Below are positions 13,030-26,600 of a stretch of DNA of 64,000 nt, piece by piece. The notes below the pieces were generated by a model, which saw only the letters and a program-made list of their open reading frames with translations, made no database searches and was not told the origin of the DNA. The stretch is from positions 832,001 through 896,000 of the forward strand of contig CBDBCZ010000016.1 in the NCBI GenBank assembly GCA_965203295.1. Direction: 5' to 3'. This stretch comes from Nitrospirales bacterium. GTDB lineage: Bacteria; Nitrospirota; Nitrospiria; Nitrospirales; UBA8639. A program made the position numbers and the translations under genes. The first letter of the stretch is position 1; each line of letters starts with the position of its first letter.

Positions 13030-14155
13030 AGGAATGATACCATATTACTTTGATGGATTACTATCCGTACATCTTTCAAACCACACACACACCACAATCC
13101 CCTATCTGACACACCAACGATATTTGTAGCCAATGCACCAGACTCCACAAGACGCCTTACCCCATTCTGGAACTTTCTCTTAGCAGCATTTTGCATTGCA
13201 GACTCAGTACTCTCTTCGGCACACCACCATTCACATGTTCATCAACATGAATGATTGCAGTTGATCACATCCCACACCACAATCCCATACCAGTATATTC
13301 ACAGTGAATCAAGCATAGGATTTAGGCATTTTACAGCCGAGACTACCGTCTTTATTCTATTATTACACAAGATCCAATTTAACACAAGAAATTGTGATTC
13401 TAGGAATTTATTATGAATCTTATCTAGCGCAAGTCCATCACTAATTATTTTAAGCTGAATCCAATCTAACCCAAGGGTGTACAACTCCAGGAAATATACT
13501 TTGTAAATTGCATTATAAACTATTAGCTAAAACAACTGTTACTCAGCTAAGTCCACAAATGGCTCCCAGCCTTCACTAAATGGTTCTTCTGAGTCTTCTG
13601 GGTCTTGCTGCCTATCAAAATTCTGGTGAAACCTTGAGCCTACCTCTTGAAAAAAACTGGCTTTTTTCAAAGCGACTAAACCACTCCTTTACAACGCATG
13701 ATCTAATCTAACGCAAGAAATTCTATTCCAGGAATTTTCAGTGAATCTAATTTAACGCAAACAAAACTGAAATTAATTTATTTGCTTGCGTAATAATAGA
13801 ATAAAGACGGTACAATGTATCCTACAGTGTTACATGCACTATAGGCCTATCTCCATGCTCCCTGCCTCACAGACAACTATTGTGTCCATAATAGATTCAC
13901 ACAACTGGTTAACACAAACCTATTCATTAGCAAACACCTTGACCCCTCCCTGTAGTACATTGCTATACAACCTTACAACTGCGTAGTTATTATAATTTTT
14001 ATACACTTACAAATAAGATTATAGAGTTAAAAACCATATTTAAAACAACGAATGCACAGGAAGCTGCACAATGTGGTGTGGAGGAGATTGTGGTGTGTGT
14101 GTGGTTGGAAAGATGTAGGGTTGGTAATCCATCAAAGTAATGTTGTGTCATTCCT
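13030..14155. mobile_element. Inverted-repeat element of the CCCTACATCTTT family
   Basis: 13030-13101 is the imperfect reverse complement of 14082-14155. Confidence 0.65.
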
Positions 14156-14272
14156 ACGTACCTTTATTTTTGGGATTCCATAACTACATGTTATTTTAAA
14201 TGATTGTAGTATTGGTCTACCCTAGGGCTGAAATCCTAATCACCTTACATAATATACCTGTGTTTCCTACAG

Positions 14273-14677
14273 GGCTAAATGTGAGAATCAAAGGTCAAGA
14301 GTCGATTTATTATTCTGACTATCAATGGGCTCCCTTTACTGAGAATCCCCAGCCTATTGGCTGGACAGATATCACAGAACATGATGTCACATACCCCCAC
14401 ATCCGCTGCCATCAAATCTCAGCCCACGGTGAAGACCTGCCGTACCTCTTAACAACCTTGGAGAGTACCGATCTTGCAGTAGCATTAGTTCTTATTAACA
14501 ATGACAGCAGCTACCAGATTCACCCTAGTCTCCTTTCCCAGGAGTGGAATGTTAACCTTCCTATTCTTATTATCACATCTGAGAGTGGACACTTATTAAT
14601 GCAGCTTTTGATGGAGCATGACAGAAACGTCGAAGCCAAAGTGGAAGTAGTCACACAAACTGCAGTGACTACACCAG
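14273..14677 (+). CDS. RNF213-like exon with a PA (protease-associated)-like domain
   Basis: AVALVLINND...VNLPILIITSESGHLLMQLL matches the PA C-terminal pattern AxAVIIxNN...IPxxxIxxxxGxxL; the exon is bounded by AG/GT. Confidence 0.55.
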
Positions 14678-17600
14678 GTTTGTGACGTGGTTGTGCTGCT
14701 GTGTACAGTCAATGATATTGCATTCTTGATTTTTATAAGGGTTTCTTGGACAGACGATGCAGGGCACTAGCAATTTGTGTCACAGCAGCAGTCCTCAAGG
14801 CCAGGGTGATGCTAAACAAGAAACTCTGGCAACAAGAATTGATTCACTGCTGTTTCCAGCCGGTGAACGGAGGATTGCAACAGAAGATAGTGCACTCTTC
14901 CAGTCAGTGATGTCAGAGTTTTGGTCTTTTGAAGAGGAGGTAAGATTACATTGCATTGGGAAACATTTATTGTAGTTAATTATTTGTATCAATATCTGCA
15001 CAGGTTGCTAGTGGCCCCTCCAAACAGATTATGGCAAGAGCGGTATTAATAATGACTGCATCAAAGTGCCAGCAAAATTTTAAACGAGATTTTCCCCTCT
15101 ACATGGTACTAGCGTACCGCACAAGCATCATGTAAGTTGATAAAAACCTATAACCTATATTACTAGTTTTTCAGAGCAAGAGAGCAATTACACACATTCT
15201 GTAATCTTGTGTTAGGGCTTTGTCCAATATTATGGAGACGTAAATGAATATAATGTGATGCTCTTTAGTAAGTAATTACACTATGCCTGGAAGTTCCAAA
15301 AACAGTTGTTTTCGATGTAAATATGCATTCAGTTGTTGTAGTTAAAGAATCAAACTTCACCAACTTGTATTTAATTAGGTGTTTTAATCCTAAAGAATCT
15401 GCACAGTGCATGTACAATTCATGTAAATACTCCTATTGAATACTCATAATTTTACTCTCCTCCTCTGGAGCATTGTAACTTATTCCACTAATATAGCTGT
15501 GATGTTGATGACATGAGCCTCACATCAACTTTATAGCTATACGCCCAGATCGTGTGAGGAGTATCAAACCTTATGTATGTATAAAAGAAGTCCCCACGCA
15601 TATTTCAGTAGTAAAGGAGCACTATTTTCTATGGTAGTAGTATAAATGCAACATACACATGAAATTGGAAACAAGTAAATAAGCAGCAGTTAGATTGATA
15701 CATGGATAAAATTAAGAGTTATATATTATATGCGGGGTAGTATAGTAGACGTATAGTCATTGTGAATTTTTATCCATTTTCAGAAAGCAACCCCACTATA
15801 ATTGTGATGCTCTCCAGAAATTTGTGGATACCTGTATTAAGGGATTTGAAAATCTGGACATATACAGTGTTGCTACAACACTGAAAGGTCTCTTTGAAAG
15901 GTATGTTAAAGTATCATGCTACTTGTTCATTCATTTTTTGAATGAATCTTGTACCATGTTCTTTCAGGGCTGACTTCATGGTTTGTATGAAGACCAAGCA
16001 GTCTTCAACAATCAGTGCAGTTGAGCTAATTGGAAATGCATTCGATGGTCTCATGAGTGGAAGAACTCTACTTCGAATACGTCCCACAATGTTATGGAGT
16101 ATGTACATTTGTGTATGTGGTAAAATTGGGCTTTGATTCCTAACGAGACATTACTGAATTAGCTTCAGTGGTGGTGTGGTGAAGTATATATTTAGGATTA
16201 TAACATTCTACATGTTCAAAAAAGAAATTCAGTGTAGCCCAGTAAAATTGCAAGTAACTGATGCTGTTATGCAGTTGTTCTTCTGTTTGTTATACAGTCA
16301 CAACCAGCCTATACTTTAGTGTACAGAGGAATGTACGAGTAGAAGGTGTAGCAAGAATATGGCAAGAAGAATTTTTAAAGGTCAGACTGATACATTTACC
16401 ACACATACAAATTTACATTAGGACATCTCTGAGACTAGCTATACCCTGCTCAAACATCCTTAGCCATTATTGCATTTAACCCTTGAGTTGCTGCAGGTGT
16501 TATTAAATTTATTACCTTAACATTATCTCAGAATCTTATCAACCTTGCACCCCAATATCATCATTGTAGGGTGTCTTTAATGAATCTGCAACATTCTAGA
16601 GTGGTGCAGAGTCAATAAATTAATGGTTGTTTTGTATCTACTGTAGATCATATGTGGCTATTGTAGATCATAGCATACTTTAACCTATAACATGAACATA
16701 TTCCAAAAACTCTTTACGTACTGTACCCATAGCGGAAGGGAGTTATGGATAGTAGTGGTACCACAATTCATAATCAACATAATATAATGATATTGAGTGA
16801 GAAATTGGAGCAGGTTGTCAGTGTTCAGGTAGCCAATGTTATAGCATTGATTTACCCTAACAGCAATTAGTTCAGTGTTGCCACAAAGTTTTTCTTTTCT
16901 GTTATTCCTGAATTTGGTAGCGATATAACTTTAAGTTGGTTGGCACTTGCCAAGAATTCTAAACAAGTTTGACATTTCATGTTTAAAAATTAAACAGGGA
17001 GCTTTTTGATACCCATGGCTGTGCTCAGAAAAAGGTCAGGCCAAGTGAACTGCATCTGTAGACTATAAATTATAGGCATCCTGCAGAAGCAGATAAGTAA
17101 CCAAATGCAGTACAGTGATGAAAGTGCTGACTGTTTCATTGAGCACTTACTGTTAGTAGCTGTACGTTAGGACAAACAGAATTATCATGCCTGATTACTG
17201 ACTTTTCGCCGTCTAGGTAATGCAAAACTATACTTGTTTGCTGTAGCCCGGCCTACAAATCTCTAAAAAGATGGCAGACTTTAGTTGCATAGTAACTATA
17301 TACGTATTTTGCATGTGATAAGTGCAGATGCACATACAAAAGAACAAACGAGCAGACAAACATGGAAAATTATCATGCCTGATTACTAACTTTTCGCCGT
17401 CTAGGTAACGCAAAACTATACTTGTTTGCTGTAGCCCGGCCTACAAATCTCTAAAAAGATGGCAGACTTTAGTTGCATAGTAACTATATACGTATTTCGC
17501 ATGTGATAAGTGCAGATGCGCATACAAAAGAACAAACGAGCAGACAAACATGGAAAATGTAACACAATCTTAGGACCAGCTGTTTGCGTGCTTGGGGCCT

Positions 17601-20600
17601 TGTTGATAAAAGTCCGTACACAAGTAAGCCCAGTGAATTCCAAGTGCCTTGTACTTATGTTTTATAGTTCAGTTTAATAAACTATCATTTACCCATGTGA
17701 TCCTCACATTACTATAATATATTCATGAACTGCAATCCCACCCATCAAAAAGGCAAGCCGAAATGGAGGTGTGTACAATATAGCATGGGCTTCCCCGTCA
17801 CTTGTCACCATACTGACTCTAGAAGAGGCCTTTGGAAAACCAGTTGGCCTGAAGGTTTATGATTTGTTGTTGCTGTACACTTGTACATTTCTTTGAAGCT
17901 GAGATGTACATGCAGTAGGTTAGAAGACTTGTGTGCCAACATAGTTGCTGATTACACTGTACAATGCTCCATTTTTCTGCAGGCTATTGTCTTCTGTTGT
18001 TGAGCTGCCTTTATCATGTTATAGTGATTGATAATAGTTCTTTATTACGAAAATGACCATTTCTCAAATCCCCCCCCCCCCCCCCCCAAAATATACAATA
18101 GGACAGTCATGGATATTCATTAGATTCTGAAGATATTGAAGGTCTCAAGTGTGGCATTGTTTTGGGTCAGGAATTAGACCTACCTGCAGAACTATCTCTT
18201 AGTATCAGACACATTGGCCAGTTGCTGGCTCCAAAGAGTGAATGTAAAGTGCACCTTTTCTTTAAACAAGGGTGAGTTTCCTTATATAGTATCTGATTTG
18301 TCAAACCTGAGGGAATTAGGTAGCTCAAGTGAAACTCACTATTTTAGAGTAGCACTTTATTGTTCAGTGAGCTAGGCCTATAAAATACAGTCTCTTGTTT
18401 TATCCATGTGCTACAGCCTCGGGTGTATCTCTGTTAACTTGTGATATGTATTCTCATTGCAATAGGAATGTACTAACTGCACTTCAAGAGTCATTTACGT
18501 TTACTGAAGAAGAATTTATGCAGCATATCGCAAAAAGACTGAAATTTTACTATGGTGATTGGATAAGGAAAAAGCTTCCAGGATGGATAAATGCTTTGAG
18601 TGTTGACGGGACCAGATTAGGAGCTGTTTCAGATGTAAGTTCCAGATAATGTCATGCATTGATTATATCACTGGCTAACCATGGAACGTGTATCGAAGTC
18701 TTAAGTTACTAGTATAATAGGTCTCACAGCCATAGGCTTATAAAATTAATGCCTACACATGTCATTCTTAGGGTCTGTATTTGGTGGATGCTCTACTTCA
18801 TGTTGTCACTGAAAGTGAATGGAGTACTAAGCAATGGAATGAGTACTTTGAACAGTGGTTTATGCTGCTGCTGAGCCTGGTTGATTTTAATGAAGACACA
18901 CAGATTTGCTTGCAGGCGATGTTGTCTTCAGAGTTACGTGTAGTAAGAAAGTACCAAACATTCCTTCATGCACAGGTACGTAGATATGACTCAAATTATT
19001 TAAAAAGTAAAAACTATTTTCTCAAGTAGATTATTTGATGTTATAGTTCTTATACTAGTTTATAGAAGTAGAAGCATTTGAATTTTCTGATCACCATTAT
19101 TGTGCTATCTACCTGATATGTATACATGTAGATTGTTGACGTGACCAGAAAGAGATTCCATAGGTTTTCAGTGGACAAACTCTTTCCACTCTTCAATATT
19201 GCAATTCGTATATGGCCAGCTCAGGTATGTACTTTCATCACATAAAAGTACTGATTCTTCTGTATAGATCTTTGTAGCTAGGCATCCCAGTATTATCAGA
19301 TATACATCTGTACAATAGCTGAAAATTTAAGGGACCAAACATTTCGACACGCTTTGCAGTGGTCATCATCAGTGGTAAACTAAAAAGTGTGACAAAAAGC
19401 CAGTTAAGTACATAGACGAGGCGAAAGTGATCTATAATTAGAAACAAGAGTCTTAAATATTTCTAATTATGGATCACTTCCGCCTCATCTATGTACTTAT
19501 CTGGCCCGTTTGGTCCCTAAAATTCTCAGCAAATGTACGGATATGGATTTATATTAGAAAGTAGTACTGATTCTTACTTTCTTACTTTACACTTGAATCC
19601 CCCTTGCTTCCCGTTCATACGTAGCTATTGGAAGAGTACCTTGATGGGTGTATACTTTCACAGTCTGTCATAATCTCTCAGCCAACATGGAAAGAATTTT
19701 TTGATAAAGTAACAGAAAGGTAAGTTATGCCAAAGAAAGGTGGCAGAACAAATCTGGCTTGTCTAGTTTCATATCAACAATGAAAGGAGTTTGAGTTTTC
19801 CATGTTCTAGATCTACACAGTGTCTACCAGCCCCAACCACTCCTAAACTGCCTCCGCCACCCTATGTATTGAATTTGTGTACTGCATATTTTTCTTTTCT
19901 ATACAGGTTCCCAAGTGCTGCTCAGCAGCAGATGCTCCATGGATTCTTGATGAAAGTGGCCGCTCATTACCAGGACAATCAGAAAGCTTACAAGTTTATT
20001 CCTGATGTCTTGCAGCTGGGAGTCTCTAGTCTTTTTTCAATACAGTCTGATCCCAGTGGACAAGAATCCCAGCAAGATAAGCTAGCAGTTGTAAGGTTTG
20101 AATTTGATCTTCGAAAGTTTATTCTTCAAAACAAACTCAAGTACAGTCTTCTTGCTCAAACCAAACAAATGCTGGTAATTAATTTAATTGCTAATGGATT
20201 TGTAAGGGCAAAAAATCTGATGGTGTTTTGTATTTCTTACTCAGTCCTACATCACTGCAAAGAAGAACTGTTTTCAAAAAGTTGTTTTGGCAGCAACATA
20301 TAAGGTATGCTGATCATTATAGTGCGAGTCAAGATAATTACAGAAACAAATCATTATCTTGTGTAGGAAGTAATTCCTGAGACTGCTGACTTAATACACA
20401 ATGCTTCAGTGATCGTAGCATTGGATGCCATCATTAATGTTCTGAAAACTAATCTACAATGGATGCAAGAAGAGCCATCTCTCAAGCAGAGCTTTTGTCT
20501 CAGGTTTTTGTGTGCATGCTGTGCCAGAATTCCATTGAACGTCATGGAATTTGACTGGATGAAGGAGTATATAAGCATTATTAAAAAGTTGGGCGAGGTA

Positions 20601-23600
20601 TTTTGTGCCTATTCATCATCGAGACAGCTAGTCAAAGAACAGACGATTTTATGTGACTGTTTACCGGAAGAAGTTGAAAAAAGCTACTCTGCTTTTGTGT
20701 TGCAATACTTTCAATGGGTTCAAAGACTCCACAGAATGTTGTCATCGTGGAAATCCAAACTTGATGATCAGTCAGCAAACTATGATGACATACACTGGTA
20801 CCATCAGAATCAGCGCCACATTTACAATCTTGCTGAAGCTGTTAGAGTCACTAGCCTCGTACTTTTACCCCAGAAGGTATCGCTAGTGCAGCATAGTTTC
20901 CTACAGGACTTTGAAGAGCTAAATCAGCTCTTACTGAGGTACATTTCCGATGAACCAAATGGAGGATGGTAAGCATAATTGTGCACTTAATATCTTTCTT
21001 TGAGTTAGACAGGTAACACGATTTAGAAATTTATGAATATTCGAGCTTTCATGTTACCATATTGATAAAGTTATTTTAGTTAATGAGAAGACCTCAGGAT
21101 CTTAAACAAAACTAGTGATTGTGTCAGATAACTGCACTTTCTGCTGCAACATGATCTAGGCCTTACTACTATATCTGCTATACAATTTAGCCATTGTTTG
21201 CTTGCCTACTTGTGTTCTAGAGCCGTATTTTGTATGGCTTTCCCTGGATCACTAATGCACCTGTTTATTGTCTGCTGCATTCAATGGTGTAACAGTTAAT
21301 AGCTAGCCAGCAACTATGTAGTGTGAGCGTTTGAATGGCTGTATATATATGGGACAATATACCAAGTATATATGTACTTTATGTATTTGCCTCTCAACCA
21401 CACATACTTCCGATATGTTCTTGCTGTGGTAACACCAAAGCTGTATTGCCTACAGAATAATCTGTTCAGGTCTTTATATGTGGTGATCACTGTTAATTCT
21501 GGTAGGTGCTCAATGATTGACATTCTTTCTAAGAATAAAGTTGAAATTCCCCAAGATCTCCAGGAAGCCATGAGTCAGTATATTCTATTTCCGAATGAAA
21601 TAAAAGAAAAACCAGCTAAAATGGAACTTCTGGTCAATCAACCATCACCCTCGTCTTCAGGGAGCTTCCGTCTGCATAATCGGAAAGTCCACCTCTGGCT
21701 CTCAAAGAGGTTAAGTCTAACTTTGCTACACTCACTTGTTCATCAGCTGAATGTTATAATAGCCCCAATCCTTGAGCATGTAAACTTCATGGTTTATTTT
21801 GAGCTGCATCCCAACAAGTTTGTCAGCACATATCTACAGCAAGCCACACATGAATTTACTTGTGTAACACCATTTATTAACATTCTATCTCTAAAAGTTG
21901 CAATAGAACAGACAAGAGCTCTTCTTGTAGAAGTACTTAAAGGAACTCTGTCACATGAAGAGTTGTTGGCAAAAGGTGCACTTAACTTGACAGATCTTAA
22001 TATAGATGAAGAATTAAATGGTCTAGTACAATGCAAGTACATTGGATCATGTGGAGAGACCGGACTGGCTACAACAAAGAATCTCTTGAGACTGTTTCAA
22101 TTTTTAGGTTACATTCCTATTATTGAACAAGTTTGCCAGCAGTTCCAACTTGAGCACTGCTTAAATGATCCTCAATTAACAGAACTTACAGAGTTGGATA
22201 AAAGAATGCAGACACAAAAGAATGTTACTCCTGCAGATGCAATAGGCAAATGGAAAGGAATCTGCAAAGCACTCTGTATTGAAGAAGATGCAAGTCCAAT
22301 GTGCCTTGATTTGTTCTCCAAAGTTGCTGATGGTGCTGATTTTTCCAACTTCATTCAAGAAAAGCAGTTTAGAGGAACAGATGGAGAAGCCCGTTTCAAG
22401 CAGGAATTCGAGCTCATCACTGCTCAGCTGCAGCACAATGAATACCATGAAATGGTGTTGAACCACTTGCTTGCTGCTTTTAGGTTTATTGCCCCTTTCA
22501 TGAACCCAAGTCATGATTCACTACACTCTCTGATGTCTGCTGTAACAGCCCTTAATTTACCTAAAGGGCTTCCACAGTTTGAAACCGTAAGAGAGAACAT
22601 GCATCTTATCCGACTTTGGTTCTCTCAGACTGAAGAAAATGTGTGGAACCAATTAGATAACATTCTGAAGAGTGGATGCTATCGAATTACTTTTTCCATG
22701 GTAGCTGAAAGAAGTTGCCTTCAAGTAGTGCTTGACTATGAACCATCAGCTACAATGAATAAACCTTTTTTGTTGAAACATTTAAGCACTGATGTGCTTC
22801 AAGAAAACCAACAACCTGAAGCTTGTGCAAAGGAGACACTGCATAGAGATCAGATTGATGCTTTTGTCCACAAGCTTGGCTTTTTAGAACCTCAAAAAGA
22901 CAAGAAAGAAAAAGATTGGGAAGAAGATAAAAGCGATAGTAAAAAAAATGATGAACTAGTTCAGCATTTCTTATATCTAAACAGAGTAAGTGTGATTGTT
23001 GCCATAGCTGCATATTATTAAGTGAAAATAACATCATTTTTCTGCTATATACAGGTTGCCTACAAACTTCTAGATCTGTTCGGAAAACTTAGAGAACTCT
23101 GCCACCCAGAGTATTCAAAGAAAGGCTTTGCACACACCCTAAAGTGCTCTACAACATTACCTGATGCTGATGGAGAGGTCTGTTACCAACACAACTTTCA
23201 TGATTGCATATGTGTACTCATTCCTATGATGACCTTAGGTGATTGAAGCAGAAGCAGTTCTTGAAGAATGGGTGGATAAGCTGGAGGAAGTGCACAGCCA
23301 TTACAAATGGCTACTGTTTTTCCGTGCTCCCAAGTTGATGATGCTCTATGAAACCTTGGTAGCTGAAAAACCCTCTATACCTACAATAATAAATGAAGTA
23401 GGATTCCTCCTTAAAAGAGATCCTGACACAAGAGAACTACTCAGCACTGCCATCGAAGTAAGTTTCTATTCTGTTACTCTGTAAGACTTCACACCACTTA
23501 GATCTTAACTCTTTTTCAGAGTGCTATGAAATTCTGTGTAAAAATAACGACTAGTGCTTTGCCAATGGATGTAGCAGGATCATTTCTGGAAGAACTTTTT

Positions 23601-26600
23601 AAACAGCAACATATAAGTAGTTGTTTGTTGCCGAAATACTACCAGAGAAACTCAGACTCAGAGTTCACTCGCCACTTTAGTTCGAAAGCAGTAAACACCC
23701 TTCACTGTACTCCAAACTATTCACAAAGTCAGTTGATAAGGCTTGTTCTTGGCATTTATGGTCGTCCGCCAAGTGCTTTTGAGGTTTTCCATTGCAAGCC
23801 GTCAACTACGGAGCAAGAGCTGAAGCTGTTCGTGGAAAGAGTAGCCCAGCATCCTCAGCAGTATATTGTGTTAGAAGTTAACCATCTACCATGCCAACTT
23901 CAGGAGGTTAGTAAAACTAATCTAGATGTCTATCATTCTGTAACACTATGTATCCTTTTTTGTTCCATGTTTTGTTGCAGCACTTTTTACGTTTGAAGCA
24001 TAGGATACCTGGTGGCACAAATGCTTGTGTTCATTTCATTGAAACTTCCCCTTCGGTGCTTGGAGGAGCACCATGGCTTAGAGTCATGCAGTATGAGGTA
24101 AAACGTAAATATTACAGACCTATTATTATGTGATCATAACATCTCGGTACATGTTGCAGGAAAATGGGCCACCCTTGACTGACATGCAAGCTGAAATCAT
24201 TTGCCAACAAACTGTACTACAAGGAAATAATTTTTCTTGTATTGAGCTGGTTTACAGTCTACCTGGTATGCAAAAATTGAAACGCAGTAATAGTTTACAC
24301 CGATTAGTTTACATTGTGGTTTGTCTCCAGGAAATGGTAAAACCCACTACATTAATGAAAAACTGAAGACTACTGCAGAAACTCACCGAGTTACAATTGC
24401 AGTCAATGAAGCATTTTCTACTGTCAATGCAATTGAAAAACTGTGTACCCTCCCAAGAAATGCAGAGAAATGTACCATTTTCTTCAACTTTACTATACTT
24501 CCACCTGTGGTAAGCTCTGCTATGAGGGTGTTTACTGAAGTTGATATGTTCCCATACTTATGAATGTGCTGTAATAACTGTTTAGATAAGCAGTTTTGTG
24601 ATAAGGTGGAAGCCTTCTAACACTTTGGGGCATTGCTATTATTTGGCCATGTCATTCTTAGTTCCTTTGAGTTACTAAAAAAAGTTGTAGGTATATTCAG
24701 GGCACTTGTTTATTGCTATTATTTAGCAACACAACACTATTTCTGATAGGAATCTGCATATGAAGAAGAGAAAGAACATTATCAGCAGTTGATGAAAGAA
24801 GTGGGATGGTTTTTCTTTGATCTCCTGATCCTTTGCTATGTGGAAGATCCGGCAACTGGAATGTCATTTCAGATCCCAGGTGGCTTGTCCTGGGCAGTGT
24901 ATGTCGAGGTAAGCTTAACTTTGTTTGCTTTAGATCTGTGGCTTTATAATTGCTCCAACAGGTTCCTTGTAGAGCCTTGGCTGGAAAATCTCCTGAGCAG
25001 GATTTTCTTATTCACTTTAAAGAAGAGATACCAGCACTGGGTCTTTTGGGGACTTCTCAACATATTGATCCTGGCTGTGACTACAGTGTAGATAAGGATG
25101 TTCAGCTTGTATGCAAGTACTTGAAAGCATATGATTCTGGAGCTATAAACACTCTCTATAATGAATTTCAAGGCAAGTGGACAGTTTGCTTTATTGCGAA
25201 CACTACACTAATTCAGAACACTATTTTATACATGTGCAGTGATTAGGTTTAGTGTGGATCCTGATCTACCTGAACAAGAATGTAAATATCTCCTTCAGAA
25301 GTATATGTCTACTCACATCAAGGGAAGCAAGATAACTCAAAAACTATTCATCCAGTGAGAAGGTTTACTCCACGTGAGATCATATGAATGAGTCTTACAT
25401 TATTCTGTATTCCATTATTGAATAGGTACATGAAAAGAAGGTGCATGTTCCTGGACAACCTTCCAGCTTTTAACTATAATTCAGGCGTTGGTGAATACAT
25501 TATAGTGAACGGCAATAGAATGAGAACAGATACAAGTGAGCTGGGATCTACACTAGTGCAAATGATGCTACAAGAAGTTGAGGATTTTTGTGACCCTACA
25601 ATCAAGGATGACTGGTCACATAAGGCTCACCAACAAGTAAGTGGAAAATACTCTAAAGCAAGCAGCACTTACGTTTTGGAACCTGCATAGTGCACTGCTA
25701 TTTATTATTGAATGGATGATTGAGGCAAGAGGTGCCATACATATCATGGAGGACAGTGGTACTCCATTACCGTGTACTCCATATGTAGGAGTGGCATTGG
25801 AAAAAACATAGCTGCCCCATATAACGCATACAAAATTGTGTGTTCAGATCTCTGCTCTGGATGTAGTGATAAGCCTCTATGAGCCATACCAGTCATTCCT
25901 GAATGTTTCTATGAGGAACAGGACTGTTAGCATTGCTAGAGACCATCACTGGAGTATCACAAGGGCCAATCATGTGCTTTTTCTTCTTCAGCCAGGCTAG
26001 CACAAAAACAGATTAAGCATTTATGATGATTCTGACATGAAAAGGTAGCACTTTCTCTGGTGTATTGCACCCATAGTATAATAGCACTTTCAAACAAATT
26101 GACTTGGATCAGCCGTGATTCACAAGTACTCTCGAGTGAACACTTGCCATTTCATGCCTCGGAATACGCTTGTGCAGACTGCACGTGTTTGCCTATGTAA
26201 CGCTTACCTTTGATTGTGCAGGCTGCTCTGGCCTGAGCTGCTGAGTTGCATCTCCTGGTTTGTCCATTACCACGTAAGTTACACGAACTGTAGGAGAATA
26301 CACTTATTCACGTGGCTGATTATGTTATAAGTCCAAACAGCTTCTGTCCAGAGGTACTGTTGGCGAATAACCATATTCTTGTGTATAGCCATACTCTCAC
26401 CTGTGTCATTAGGAAAGACTCACTCAGTCACTCATCTGTAAATACCCTGTATACATTTTAATAGGATGAATAATACTGGAGGAAGCGGGCAGCTATATAT
26501 ATATATATATATATATATCACTGCAAAAAATAGTAAGTAGTTCTTTTGACTACCAGTTGGTTACCTGAGTTGCATATGTCTGAGTATGTAGGTAGGAGTT

